The notes under the pieces were generated by a model. That model saw only the letters and a program-made list of their open reading frames with translations. It had not been told where the DNA came from and did not search any database. Below are positions 20,203-33,535 of a stretch of 64,000 nucleotides of DNA, in pieces. The translations under genes and the position numbers were made by a program. The DNA lies in assembly GCA_963730445.1 (NCBI GenBank), contig CAVSRX010000004.1, positions 73,539 through 137,538 of the forward strand, in the 5' to 3' direction. Positions within the stretch are counted from its first letter, which is position 1; the number at the start of each line of letters is the position of its first letter. Origin of the DNA: Vicinamibacterales bacterium. Its GTDB lineage: Bacteria > Acidobacteriota > Vicinamibacteria > Vicinamibacterales > JAMQPK01.

Positions 20203-21012
20203 TTGTTAATGCGGCGTGAAGCGGTCACCGTGGGTCACAAATCCATCAGCTATCTGATTGCGGAGCCTTCCGAGCCCGCGGTTCGTCAGCGCCCGCTCAG
20301 CACTGTCGTATTTCTTCACGCCTTTCCCTTGCAGAGCGCGATGTGGGAATCGAACCTCGGCGCGATGCCAGAGGGATGGCGCGCGGTCGCGCCCGACTTC
20401 CGCTGGCAGGCAGGCGTTGGCATGAGCGATCTCGCCGGCGACGTCATCGATCTGCTCGACCATCTCGACGTCACGAAAGCGGCCGTCGTCGGCTGCTCGA
20501 TGGGCGGATACGTGCTGTTCGAGATGCTGAAGAGTGCGCCCCGTTACATCAGCGCGGTCGGGCTTGTGTCGACGCGCCCTGGCGCGGACAACGAAGAAGG
20601 GCGCAAGAACCGTCAGAAGATGATCGATCAGGTCGACAGCGAAGGGGTCGAGGCGATCGCCGCGCAGATGGTCACGAAGCTCCTCGGCGCGACGACGCAG
20701 CGCGATCGGCCCGAGCTGGTGAAGCAGGTCCACACCCTCATCGTCGGGAACACGCCCGACCGCGTCAAGGCAGCCGTCAAGGCGATGATGGAGCGCAACG
20801 ACTCGACACCGCTCCTCGCGAAGGTCGACGTGCCGGCGCTCGTCGTTCACGGCGCGGAAGACACGTTGATTCCGCCCAGCGAGGCCGAGGGCATGCACCG
20901 CGCGATCCGAAATTCGCAGCTCGAGCTGATACCGTTTTCCGGCCACCTTCCAAACCTCGAACAGCCAGTGTCGTTCAGTGCGACGCTCTGGCGATTCCTG
21001 AAGAAGTTATGA
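20203..21012 (+). CDS. Alpha/beta fold hydrolase
   Basis: FLHAFP, GCSMGG nucleophile elbow, GAEDTLIP, GHLPNLE. Confidence 0.9.
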   Translation: MLMRREAVTVGHKSISYLIAEPSEPAVRQRPLSTVVFLHAFPLQSAMWESNLGAMPEGWRAVAPDFRWQAGVGMSDLAGDVIDLLDHLDVTKAAVVGCSMGGYVLFEMLKSAPRYISAVGLVSTRPGADNEEGRKNRQKMIDQVDSEGVEAIAAQMVTKLLGATTQRDRPELVKQVHTLIVGNTPDRVKAAVKAMMERNDSTPLLAKVDVPALVVHGAEDTLIPPSEAEGMHRAIRNSQLELIPFSGHLPNLEQPVSFSATLWRFLKKL

Positions 21013-21854
21013 CAAAGATATTGACCGCCGCGGCCGTCGTGCTCGCGATGGCCGGCGCAACCGCACAGAACTACCAGCCCTCACCCGATCTCGAGGCGCT
21101 TCACGTGCCGTTCGACGCCCTGCTCGATCTGCACGTGCGCGATGGGCTGGTGTACTACAGGGCGCTGCAGGGCGATCGCGCGCGGCTGGCTCGCTACGTC
21201 GCGTCGCTCAATTCGCCATCCGTGGCGTCCGGATTCCCAAGGTGGAGTGACGACCAGAAGAAAGCGTTCTGGCTGAACGCCTACAACGCGCTCGTGATGC
21301 AGACGGTTGTGAGCCACTATCCCATTAACGGAACAGCGAAAGGGTATCCGGCCAACAGCATCAGGCAGATTCCCGGCGCGTTCGAAAAGACCGCGCACGT
21401 GATCGCGGGCAAGCTCGTCACGCTCGATCAGATCGAGAACACCGCGCTCGGCGACTTCAACGATCCGCGCGTGTACCTCGCGCTCGGGCGCGGCGCGATC
21501 GGCAGCGGACGGCTGCGCAGCGAGGCATTCAGCGCCAAGGCGGTCGACACGCAGCTCGATCAGACGAAGCAGCAGTTCGCGGTGACCCCCCGCTGGTCCA
21601 AAGTGGATGCGTTGAACGGGAAGGTGAGCATCAGCCCGATTCTCAGCTGGCGCTCGCCAGCGTTTATCAAGGAGTACGAAGACGATTCGTTCGATCTGCC
21701 CAAACGCGAGCCGATCGAGCTCGCGGTGATAGGATTCCTGCGGCCGCACCTGCTCGACGCGGAAGTGGAGTTCATCAAGATGAACACCTTCCAGCTCACC
21801 TACGAGCCGTTTGACTGGCGGCTCAATGACCTGACGGGCGGACGCCCTGATTAG
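21009..21854 (+). CDS. Exported DUF547-domain protein
   Basis: ATG 21009 overlapping upstream stop; signal peptide; GLVYY, AFWLNAYNA, TLDQIEN, DPRV, FDWRLND. Confidence 0.85.
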   Translation: MTKILTAAAVVLAMAGATAQNYQPSPDLEALHVPFDALLDLHVRDGLVYYRALQGDRARLARYVASLNSPSVASGFPRWSDDQKKAFWLNAYNALVMQTVVSHYPINGTAKGYPANSIRQIPGAFEKTAHVIAGKLVTLDQIENTALGDFNDPRVYLALGRGAIGSGRLRSEAFSAKAVDTQLDQTKQQFAVTPRWSKVDALNGKVSISPILSWRSPAFIKEYEDDSFDLPKREPIELAVIGFLRPHLLDAEVEFIKMNTFQLTYEPFDWRLNDLTGGRPD

Positions 21855-21880
21855 GGCTGAGGGCTGAGGGCTTAGGGCTT
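21853..21880. repeat. Four tandem heptamers
   Basis: AGGGCTG AGGGCTG AGGGCTT AGGGCTT. Confidence 0.8.
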
Positions 21881-21883
21881 AAC

Positions 21884-22641
21884 TTGGACTTACAGCTGAA
21901 TGGCAAGGCCGCAATTGTTACGGGATCGAGCCGGGGGTTAGGGTTGGCCAGCGCAAGGGCGCTGGCGGCAGAAGGATGCCGCGTGTGCATGTGCGCGAGA
22001 GGAAAGGACGCGCTCGATCGGGCCGCCGCTGACGTTCCCAACTCCATCGCCGTCGCCGCTGATCTCTCGACGCCCGAAGGCGCTACCACGGTCGTCGACG
22101 CGGCGCTCGCCGCGTTCGGCGGCATCGACATCCTCGTCAACAACGTCGCCACTGCGAAAGGCACCGACATCGTCAACACGGCCGATGGCGAATGGCAGGA
22201 CGCGTTCGACCAGACGCTGTTTCCAGCCATTCGGATGTCGCGGCTCGTCGTGCCCCACATGAAGAAGCCGGCGGCGGGGCGATCATCATGATTGCGTCGA
22301 TCTGGGGGCGCGAGTCGGGCGGGCGCATGGTTTACAACGCCGTGAAAGCGGCCGAGATCAGCCTGGCGAAAGCCATGGCGCAGCAGCTCGCCAAAGACAA
22401 CATCCGCGTCAACAGCATCGCGCCGGGATCGATTCTGTTTCCCGGCGGGTCGTGGGACAAGCGGCAGCAGGCCGATCCGGCCGGCATCGCGGAGTTCATC
22501 AAGACCGAGCTGCCGTTCGGCCGCTTCGGCCGTGCAGAAGAAGTCGGCGATGCCGTCGCATTTCTCGCCTCACCGCGCGCGAGCTGGATTAGCGGCTCGT
22601 GCGTGCCGGTCGACGGCTGCCAGTCGCGATCGCAAATCTGA
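21884..22641 (+). CDS. SDR-family oxidoreductase, frameshift near 22268
   Basis: TGSSRGLG, DILVNN, YNAVKAA, IRVNSIAPG, VDG. Confidence 0.9.
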
Positions 22642-22651
22642 ACGAGCCAAT

Positions 22652-23633
22652 ATGCGCATCTTCGTAACGGGCGGCGCGGGCTACATCGGCAGTGTGATGA
22701 CCGATGTTCTCGTCGACCGCGGGCATGACGTGACCGTCTTCGACAATCTCTCGCGGGGCCATCGTGACGCCCTCAATCCGCGCGCCAGGTTCGTTGAAGG
22801 CGATCTCGTCGATACGCCGCACGTCTTCAATACGCTGAAGAGCAACGGCATCGAAGCGGTCATCCACATGGCCGGCGATGCGCTCGTCGGCGAGTCGATG
22901 GGGAATCCCGCGCGTTACTACCGCAACAACCTGATTGCCGGTGTCAGCCTGCTCGAAGCGATGCGCGACGCGGGCGTGACGCCCATCGTGTTCTCGTCGA
23001 CGTGCGCCGTCTACGGCGTGCCCGAGCGGACGCCGCTCGACGAGGGGATGCCGACCGGTCCGATCAACCCGTACGGCGAATCCAAAGCTGGCGTACGAGC
23101 GCGCGCTCGGCTGGTTTCACCGCGCGCACGGCCTCAAGGTCGTCGCGCTGCGCTACTTCAACGCCGCCGGCGCCGGTGCCCGCTCCGGCGAACGCCACGA
23201 GCCGGAGACGCACCTGATTCCCATTGTGCTGGATGTGGCGGCAGGGACGCGCCCGAGCGTCACGATTTTCGGCGACGACTATCCGACGCGCGACGGTACA
23301 TGCGTGCGCGATTACATCCACGTGCTGGATCTTGCGGATGCGCACCTGCTGGCCCTGGATTTTCTGCGCTCGAACGATCCGCGGATGGAGATTTACAACC
23401 TCGGTTGCGGCGGCGACGGGTACACCATTCGCGAGGTCATCAGTTGCGCGGAGAGAGTGACGGGGAAGCCGATCGCGACCGTCATCGGGCCGAGGCGTGC
23501 CGGCGATCCGCCGGTGCTCGTGGCGTCTTCAGGCAAGGCCCGCCGCGAATTGGGCTGGACGCCCGCTCGCGAGCGGCTGGACGTGATTATGGAATCTGCC
23601 TGGACATTCCGGATGGGCCGCGACCGCGCGTAA
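22652..23633 (+). CDS. galE: UDP-glucose 4-epimerase, frameshift near 23090
   Basis: TGGAGYIGS, DNLSRGH, FSSTCAVYG, PYGESK, LRYFNAAG, HEPETHLIP, DGTCVRDYIHVLDLA, RRAGDP. Confidence 0.93.
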
Positions 23634-24973
23634 TACCTCCAGAGGTGGGCCGGCCACACGTCAATGCCTTGAAATGTCTCGATGGCCGTGAGATCGATCT
23701 CGCGGCTCCGCCCATCAGTGAAATCGGCCACGTCGTAGATCTCCGGCCGTCCCTGAATCTTGCTGCGGATCAGATGCCACGCCAGCACGTAGTCGGAGTC
23801 GACCGACGCGCGCTCTTCAGGCGTGATGACATTCTCCTTGATGTGATGAATCTGGTGGTCGCTCACGAGCACGCCAGGCATCTGCAGGATCACCGCTGCG
23901 ATCGTCGCAGCGACCGCAAGGCGATATCGCGCCAACGATGCACCGCCCATCAGCCACAATCCCGCTGGCAACAGGACGAGCGGTATCACGGGTACGAGCA
24001 GGCGGGGACCCCATGACCACGCGCCGCTCCAGATGTACCATGCCGCCGCCAGCACCAGCTCGCAGGCGACGATCGATCCGCAGAGCAGCGCTTCGGCGGG
24101 ATACCGTCGCAGAAATCGCGGCCATCCGAGAAGTCCAAGGACGAGGATGGGCGAGAAGATCAACAACCCGCGGTCGAGCGACACCAGCAGGCTCGGAATC
24201 GTCTGCGGCACCTGCGTCCACCGGAACTGGTACGCTTCGCTTCCATACCCCGATTCGAACGGCGAGCCGAACCGCACGAGGTTTGCGAGGCCAATGAATG
24301 CGAGGCACGCCAGTATCGGGCATACGTACACCGCCGCCTTGCGAACGGCGTCTGGTTTTGCGCGCACCGCCATCCACACGTAGCCCAGAAATAGCGGCAG
24401 CAGCACGACGTGGACGAGTTTCAGCGTGACGAGCGCACCGAACGCGAGGCCCGCGACCAACAGCCATTGTGTCGTTGCGACGAGCACGCCCGCGACCGCC
24501 AGCATGAGGAACGCCAATTGCCCCATCTCGCTGAAGTCGTGCACGGCGTAGCGCCAGAACAACGTGCCCAGCGCCAGCGCGAGCGTGACGACCTGCTGCA
24601 GCCGCGCAGGCACACCCAGCACCGTCTGCGCGCGCGCAAAGGCGACGAGCGCCAGTACCGCCAGCGGGACGTTTGCGAATGAGATGAGGAATCCCGTCAG
24701 CTGCGCCGACGGCACGCCGGCGAGGGATGCGGCGCCGCGGGCGACGGCGACGAAAGGCACGTAGTACAGCGCCAGGCCAATGCCGTATTTCGAGTAGCTG
24801 CGCCCGTCACGGCCCGCGAGCGTGGCGCCCTCGACATGCTCGATATCGAGATGGCCTGTCGAGGCGATGCGCTCGGCTGTTTGGAGGGAATAGCGGGTGT
24901 CCGCCACCTGCACGTAGCCTCTTGCGGAGAAGGCAAGCACCGCAAGAACGGCCGCGAGCAGGGTGCGGTTCAA
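23393..24973 (-). CDS. Polytopic membrane protein, GT-C (ArnT/PMT-like) glycosyltransferase-like; 3' end uncertain
   Basis: YSKYGIG, ~11 TM helices, NLVRFGSPFESGY, GLLIFSP, WSWGPRLLVP. Confidence 0.65.
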   Translation of the reverse strand: MNRTLLAAVLAVLAFSARGYVQVADTRYSLQTAERIASTGHLDIEHVEGATLAGRDGRSYSKYGIGLALYYVPFVAVARGAASLAGVPSAQLTGFLISFANVPLAVLALVAFARAQTVLGVPARLQQVVTLALALGTLFWRYAVHDFSEMGQLAFLMLAVAGVLVATTQWLLVAGLAFGALVTLKLVHVVLLPLFLGYVWMAVRAKPDAVRKAAVYVCPILACLAFIGLANLVRFGSPFESGYGSEAYQFRWTQVPQTIPSLLVSLDRGLLIFSPILVLGLLGWPRFLRRYPAEALLCGSIVACELVLAAAWYIWSGAWSWGPRLLVPVIPLVLLPAGLWLMGGASLARYRLAVAATIAAVILQMPGVLVSDHQIHHIKENVITPEERASVDSDYVLAWHLIRSKIQGRPEIYDVADFTDGRSREIDLTAIETFQGIDVWPAHLWRYYARSRPIRNVQADSIITSSRSRAGVQPNSRRALPEDATSTGGSPARLGPMTVAIGFPVTLSAQLMTSRMVYPSPPQPRL

Positions 24974-24995
24974 TTCACTCGCTGCGGTCCGTGGA

Positions 24996-25259
24996 TCAGG
25001 CCGTCTTGGCGGATTTGCCTGCCGCTGCCTTTGCCGGGGCCTTCTTGCGGCCGGCAACGGTCTGCGCGCCGAACTTCTTCGTGAACCGCTGGACGCGACC
25101 CTCGGTGTCCATCAGCTTCTGCCGGCCCGTAAAGAACGGATGGCAACTCGAGCAGATTTCCAGGTGCAGCTCTTTCTTGGTCGACCTGGTCTTCCAGGTC
25201 GCACCGCAGGCGCACCGGGCCTCTACCTCGTGATAATTGGGATGAATGCCTTCTTTCAC
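24996..25259 (-). CDS. rpmE: 50S ribosomal protein L31 (zinc-binding type)
   Basis: [34 protein letters not shown]. Confidence 0.97.
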   Translation of the reverse strand: MKEGIHPNYHEVEARCACGATWKTRSTKKELHLEICSSCHPFFTGRQKLMDTEGRVQRFTKKFGAQTVAGRKKAPAKAAAGKSAKTA

Positions 25260-25291
25260 GATCGTACCCCTTTCAGGAAACCTAGATTATA

Positions 25292-26257
25292 TCACTCAAT
25301 ATTCTTCTCTCGCACCCACCGGTGTCTACGCAGGACCTGTAAGAGCTTCAAATCCAGCGGTTTGCCATCGCCGGCCGCGATGTTCCGCTCGACGTGCGCG
25401 GCCTTGCGCATCCCCGGAATCACCGTCGACACGGTCGGCTCTGCCAGAATGAAGCGCAGGACCATTTCGGGCAGGTCCATGCCGCTCGGCACGACCTCTT
25501 TGAGACGCTCGACGCGCGCCAGCGTTTCGGGGAGGGTCTCGGGCGTGAAGTAGATGTTTCGGAAGTCGCCTTCGGGCCACCGGCTGTCTTTCGTGAGCGT
25601 GCCCGTCAGGCTCCCTTCATCGAACGGCACGCGCGCGATGACCGCGATATCGAGCTCGCGGCAGGCAGGGAACAGCTCGTCCTCGGGGTTCTGATCGAAG
25701 ACGTTGTAGACCACCTGCACGGCATCGACAAGGCCGGTGCGCAGCGCCTTGATGACGTTGGCAGGCTCCCAGCGGTTCACGCTGATGCCGAACGCGTTGA
25801 TGAGCTTCTGCCGCTTCAGATCCTCAGCCGCGCGCTTCCACCCCTCATCGTCTGCCCACGCATCGCTCCACACGTGAAGCTGTTGGAGGTCAACCGAGCT
25901 CGTGCCGAGGTTGTCGAGGCTCTTCTCGGTCATCTCGATGATGTAGCTGGCGGGGAAGACGTCGGCGATTGGCGTGTCGGCGCGTCCTGGCCACTTCAGG
26001 TTTTTCGGCGGCACCTTCGTGGCCGTGTACAGCTTGGTGCCCGCGTGACGCTTCAGCGCTTCGCCGAGCAGCTGCTCGCTGCGTCCCATCCCGTATGCGT
26101 ACGCGGTGTCGAAGAAATTGCAGCCGAGCGCGACCGCGCGATCGAGCGATCGCCGCGACTCGGCGTCATCCGAACCGGTCCAGCCCCCCATGCCCCACAT
26201 GCCGTACCCGATTTCGGAGACCTGCCAGTTCACGCGTCCAAAGCGTCGGTAATGCAT
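25292..26257 (-). CDS. Aldo/keto reductase
   Basis: VSEIGYGMWG, FFDTAYAYG, ATK, DLQQLH, QVVYN, VIPG. Confidence 0.93.
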   Translation of the reverse strand: MHYRRFGRVNWQVSEIGYGMWGMGGWTGSDDAESRRSLDRAVALGCNFFDTAYAYGMGRSEQLLGEALKRHAGTKLYTATKVPPKNLKWPGRADTPIADVFPASYIIEMTEKSLDNLGTSSVDLQQLHVWSDAWADDEGWKRAAEDLKRQKLINAFGISVNRWEPANVIKALRTGLVDAVQVVYNVFDQNPEDELFPACRELDIAVIARVPFDEGSLTGTLTKDSRWPEGDFRNIYFTPETLPETLARVERLKEVVPSGMDLPEMVLRFILAEPTVSTVIPGMRKAAHVERNIAAGDGKPLDLKLLQVLRRHRWVREKNIE

Positions 26258-26266
26258 GGCGGAATT

Positions 26267-26956
26267 CTACGTCGATCGACGGTTCACACGATGGCTGAGC
26301 CCGGCGCTCAGATCCCACAACGCCATCTTTCGGCCCAGGTCATCTTCGGCGATGGCCTCGACGGGCGGCGCGAAATTGAATGGCGGCCTCTGAAGGTTGA
26401 GGGGGCGGAATCCACCAATGACGGTGTCATGGTTCTCGGCCACGTCGTCATTGGTCGTTACCAGCAGCCATCTGGCGCCGCTGGACTCGAAGTTCTTCAA
26501 CGCCGCGACAATCAGGTAGGTCGGCAGATGCTGGAAGCAATCACGGCAGTGAATCGCATCGGCTTTCGGCAGCGCGTCGCGTGTGAGGTCCGCGCACCTG
26601 AACTCGAGCGAGGGATACTTGACGCGGTTCGTTTCGATCAGCGTCTCGACGATGTCGATGCCGGTGTAGCGGTCGAGCATTGGGGCGATCCGCGACATCC
26701 AGTTGCAGTCGCCGCACGGCGCATCCACCAGCGACCTGATACCGTAAGACCGCCAGAGCTCCGGCAGTTGTGCCGTGATCTGCGCAGTCGCCTCGAATAC
26801 GGATCCGGGGCCTGACACCGAATTTCTTTCGCCCCATAAATTCTGCTGATAAATGCGCGTGAACACAGACGCGCGATAGCTCCGCCGAAAGCGATCGGAG
26901 ATGCGATCGCGCAGGTGCCACAGACGGGCGCGCAGTGCGCTCAGCACGCCACGCAC
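26267..26956 (-). CDS. Class I SAM-dependent methyltransferase-like protein
   Basis: FTRIYQQNLWG..SVSGPGS, VDAPCGDCNW, YTGIDIV, CRDCFQHL; start approximate (GTG). Confidence 0.8.
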   Translation of the reverse strand: MRGVLSALRARLWHLRDRISDRFRRSYRASVFTRIYQQNLWGERNSVSGPGSVFEATAQITAQLPELWRSYGIRSLVDAPCGDCNWMSRIAPMLDRYTGIDIVETLIETNRVKYPSLEFRCADLTRDALPKADAIHCRDCFQHLPTYLIVAALKNFESSGARWLLVTTNDDVAENHDTVIGGFRPLNLQRPPFNFAPPVEAIAEDDLGRKMALWDLSAGLSHRVNRRST

Positions 26957-26957
26957 C

Positions 26958-27746
26958 TCATTCGGGTTTTCTGGCTGCGATGATGTACCCCAGCGCGAAC
27001 GGGCGTGTCTTCGAAAGCCCGCACGCGGCGAGCAGCAGCTTGACGGCTTTCTTGGGGAGCGAGTGGGTGCGCGCAATTCCCGCGCGGTAATACTGCACGC
27101 TGTCGACGCGATACCCCAACTCGGTCAACAGATCGCGCACGATCCACGCGGGGTATTCGCGGTAATGAATGTCGCCGCGATCGATCACCGTGTCGCCCTC
27201 CACTTTGATGTCGCGCAGGAACGCCGGCGTGCCCCACAGCACGTACCCGTCTCCGAGCAGCCGGACGCTGTTGGCGAGCGTCGACGGATTCGGCGTCGTG
27301 AGGATGAGCGTGCCGCCGGGACGAAGAATGCGGTACACGGCCTGCAAAAGGCCGGCGGGGTGATTCAGGATGTGCTCGAACACTTCGCCCATCACGACCA
27401 CGTCCATCGAGCGGTCCGGAAAATCGGCAAGGGGGCGGGCGTCGTTGAGATTTGTTTTCGTGTACGTGATCCCTTTCCGCGCGAACATCTCGTCACGCTT
27501 GGTCTCCTCATTCGCGTCAATCGCGCTCGTGCGGAAGCCGAGCTCGCTGAAGAGATACGCCATATAGCCGCTCGCGCATCCGACCTCCAGCAGCGTCGGT
27601 TGGCCGCTGCCCGAGAGGTGCATCGATGCGAGCTCGGCGATCGACTTTACGCGCTGCGCGTTTTCGGGCCAGTAGGTGTCGAGGAACCAGGGATTCCAAT
27701 GGTATTCGCGCAGGAGTACGTCGACGGCGGCGCGATAGTCCGTCAT
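26958..27746 (-). CDS. Class I SAM-dependent methyltransferase
   Basis: LLEVGCASG, EVFEHI, ILRPGGTLILTTPN, HYREY. Confidence 0.88.
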   Translation of the reverse strand: MTDYRAAVDVLLREYHWNPWFLDTYWPENAQRVKSIAELASMHLSGSGQPTLLEVGCASGYMAYLFSELGFRTSAIDANEETKRDEMFARKGITYTKTNLNDARPLADFPDRSMDVVVMGEVFEHILNHPAGLLQAVYRILRPGGTLILTTPNPSTLANSVRLLGDGYVLWGTPAFLRDIKVEGDTVIDRGDIHYREYPAWIVRDLLTELGYRVDSVQYYRAGIARTHSLPKKAVKLLLAACGLSKTRPFALGYIIAARKPE

Positions 27747-28346
27747 GGCGCGGCCCATCCGCGAATCGTCTTCCAGATTTGATCGAGGCCGTCGCCTTTG
27801 AACGCCGAGACGGGCAGGACAGGGGAGTCGTAGTGTTTGTTCAGGGTCCGCATGGTGCTGGCCTGCTCCGATCGGTTCAGCTTGTCGATCTTCGTCGCCA
27901 CGATGGCGAGCGGCGCCTGCACCGCCAGCAGCCAGGCGTACCCGGCAGCGTCTTGCGGCAGATCCGGATGGCGCGAATCGACGAGCTGCAGGATGCCCGC
28001 CACTCGACGCTCGTCGCGCGTGGACGGATCGAAGTAGGCCTGAGTCAGCTGCTCGAAGGCCTCGACCGAGTCGTGCCCGCCGCGCGCGTAGCCGTAGCCG
28101 GGCAAGTCGACCAGATACAGGGATTGTTGACCAGGGCTTCGCGATTCGATCAGGTAGTAATTCACCAAGCGCGTCTTCCCCGGCGCCGCGCTCGTGCGCG
28201 CGACCTTCTGTTTGACGAGCGCGTTGATGAGGCTCGACTTGCCGACATTGGATCGGCCAACCATGGCGATCTCGGGAATGCCGGTCCGGAGGAATTGTGA
28301 GGGTGAGGCGGCTGAGAGGCACGAAGCGGGTTTCTATGCGGTCCAT
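27743..28346 (-). CDS. engB: Ribosome biogenesis GTPase YihA/YsxC, frameshift near 28320
   Basis: PEIAMVGRSNVGKSSLIN, PGKT, DLPGYGYA, TKIDK; N-terminus MDRIETRFV in adjacent frame. Confidence 0.93.
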
Positions 28347-28409
28347 ACTACCGCTATTCGCGCCGCGCTCTGTAGTGTCCGGCGCAGAGCCGGGTGGTAC
28401 ACTCTGCCG

Positions 28410-29180
28410 ATGTTCGAGCCAAACGTCGAGCGCCTGCTCGCGACGCTTGCGGCAGATGCGGTGGTGCTCGATGTCGGTGGATGGGCCAGTCCGTTCAACC
28501 GGGCCCAGTGGATTCTCGATGCCGAGCCCTTCGACACGCGTGGGTACTATCGGACGTTCGGCGGCCGTCCGTTCCAGGGCGGCGAGCGCGAGTGGTTCTC
28601 GAAAGAGACATGGATCCAACGCGATATCTGTGGCCGCGAGCCGTGGCCGTTTGCCGACAAGCAGTTTGACTTCGTCATCTGCTCGCACACCCTTGAAGAC
28701 ATCCGCGATCCGCTATCGGTTTGTTCGGAGCTGATTCGCGTAGGCAAGGCGGGCTACATCGAAGTGCCGTCTCGCGTGGCCGAGTCGACGCTCGGCGTTG
28801 AGCGTCCCAATATTGCAGGGTTGTCGCACCATCGCTGGCTCATCGACATCGAAGGCGACGAGATTCGGTTCCTGCCGAAGTATCACTTGATTCACTCTGA
28901 CTGGCGCTACAACCTTCCGAAGGCGTACCTTCGCTCGCGTCCGCCTGAAGACGCCGTGCAATGGTTATGGTGGAACGGTGATTTTCGGTTCTCAGAGGTG
29001 ACGATTCACGGGCTGGCAAACCAGGAGCGCGAGCTCGAGCGCTTTTCCGAGGCGACCTACCCGCGGTCTCCCTGGATGCGGCGCGCCAGCGACCTATGGC
29101 GCTCCGCGGCGTCGCTCCCTCAACGAGGCTGGAATCGGGTTTTGAGGAGTGAGGGAAGAGGGGTGAGGGAAGAGGGGTGA
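28410..29180 (+). CDS. Class I SAM-dependent methyltransferase
   Basis: VLDVGG, PFADKQFDFVICSHTLED, GYIEVP, HHRWL. Confidence 0.85.
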   Translation: MFEPNVERLLATLAADAVVLDVGGWASPFNRAQWILDAEPFDTRGYYRTFGGRPFQGGEREWFSKETWIQRDICGREPWPFADKQFDFVICSHTLEDIRDPLSVCSELIRVGKAGYIEVPSRVAESTLGVERPNIAGLSHHRWLIDIEGDEIRFLPKYHLIHSDWRYNLPKAYLRSRPPEDAVQWLWWNGDFRFSEVTIHGLANQERELERFSEATYPRSPWMRRASDLWRSAASLPQRGWNRVLRSEGRGVREEG

Positions 29181-29228
29181 GGGAGAGGGGTGAGGAATTT
29201 CTTCCCTCTGCCCTCTTCCCTCACCCCT
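29149..29228. repeat. Tandem 14-mer repeats with an inverted copy (hairpin) between convergent genes
   Basis: GTGAGGGAAGAGGG x2 plus a 13-nt variant, then CCCTCTTCCCTCACCCCT (reverse complement) at 29211-29228. Confidence 0.75.
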
Positions 29229-29236
29229 GACCAGCG

Positions 29237-31624
<2,388 letters not shown>

Positions 31625-31639
31625 TTGGACTCCTATGGG

Positions 31640-32887
<1,248 letters not shown>

Positions 32888-32897
32888 ATGTTGGGGG

Positions 32898-33500
32898 CTA
32901 CGCCCGCTTCCGGATTACATCGTCAATGATACCGTATTCCTTCCCCTGGTCGGCATTCATGATGTAATCCCGCTCGGTGTCCTCCATAATCCGTTTGACC
33001 GGCTGACCCGTGTGGTGCACGAGAATTTCGTTCAACCGCTCGCGCATCCGCAGGATCTCCCGCGCGGCGATGTCGATGTCGGTGGCCTGACCGCCAAGCC
33101 CAGACATGAGCGGCTGGTGAATGACGATGCGCGAGTTCGGCAGCGAAAAGCGCTTGCCCTTGGTGCCCGACGCCAGCAGTACGGCGGCCATCGACGCGGC
33201 CTGGCCGATGCACAGCGTCTGCACGTCGGGTTTCACGAACTGCATCGTGTCGTAAATCGCCAGGCCTGCCGTAATCGATCCGCCAGGACTGTTGATGTAG
33301 AGCAGGATGTCCTTGTCCGGATCTTCCGCCTCCAGGAACAGCATCTGCGCGATGACGAGATTGGCGATCTGATCGTCAATCGGCGTACCGATGAAGACGA
33401 TGCTGTCCTTGAGGAGGCGCGAGAAGATATCGTACGCTCGCTCCCCGCGGTTGGTTTGTTCCACGACCATGGGAACGAGTTGCATGCGCGAATCTGACAT
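32898..33500 (-). CDS. clpP: ATP-dependent Clp protease proteolytic subunit
   Basis: [34 protein letters not shown]. Confidence 0.98.
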   Translation of the reverse strand: MSDSRMQLVPMVVEQTNRGERAYDIFSRLLKDSIVFIGTPIDDQIANLVIAQMLFLEAEDPDKDILLYINSPGGSITAGLAIYDTMQFVKPDVQTLCIGQAASMAAVLLASGTKGKRFSLPNSRIVIHQPLMSGLGGQATDIDIAAREILRMRERLNEILVHHTGQPVKRIMEDTERDYIMNADQGKEYGIIDDVIRKRA

Positions 33501-33535
33501 AACAGGAGCACCCAGCCTTTAATTAAGTATCGGCA

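Noticed and set aside
20343-21008. Arg-rich N-terminal extension of the DUF547 ORF (503 aa)
   Set aside because: It is an alternative frame of the alpha/beta hydrolase; the real start with signal peptide is at 21009.
23393-23633. 240-nt antisense overlap between galE and the GT-C-like membrane gene
   Set aside because: The overlapping tail reads as antisense-of-galE sequence; a missing stop from an indel is more likely than a functional overlap.
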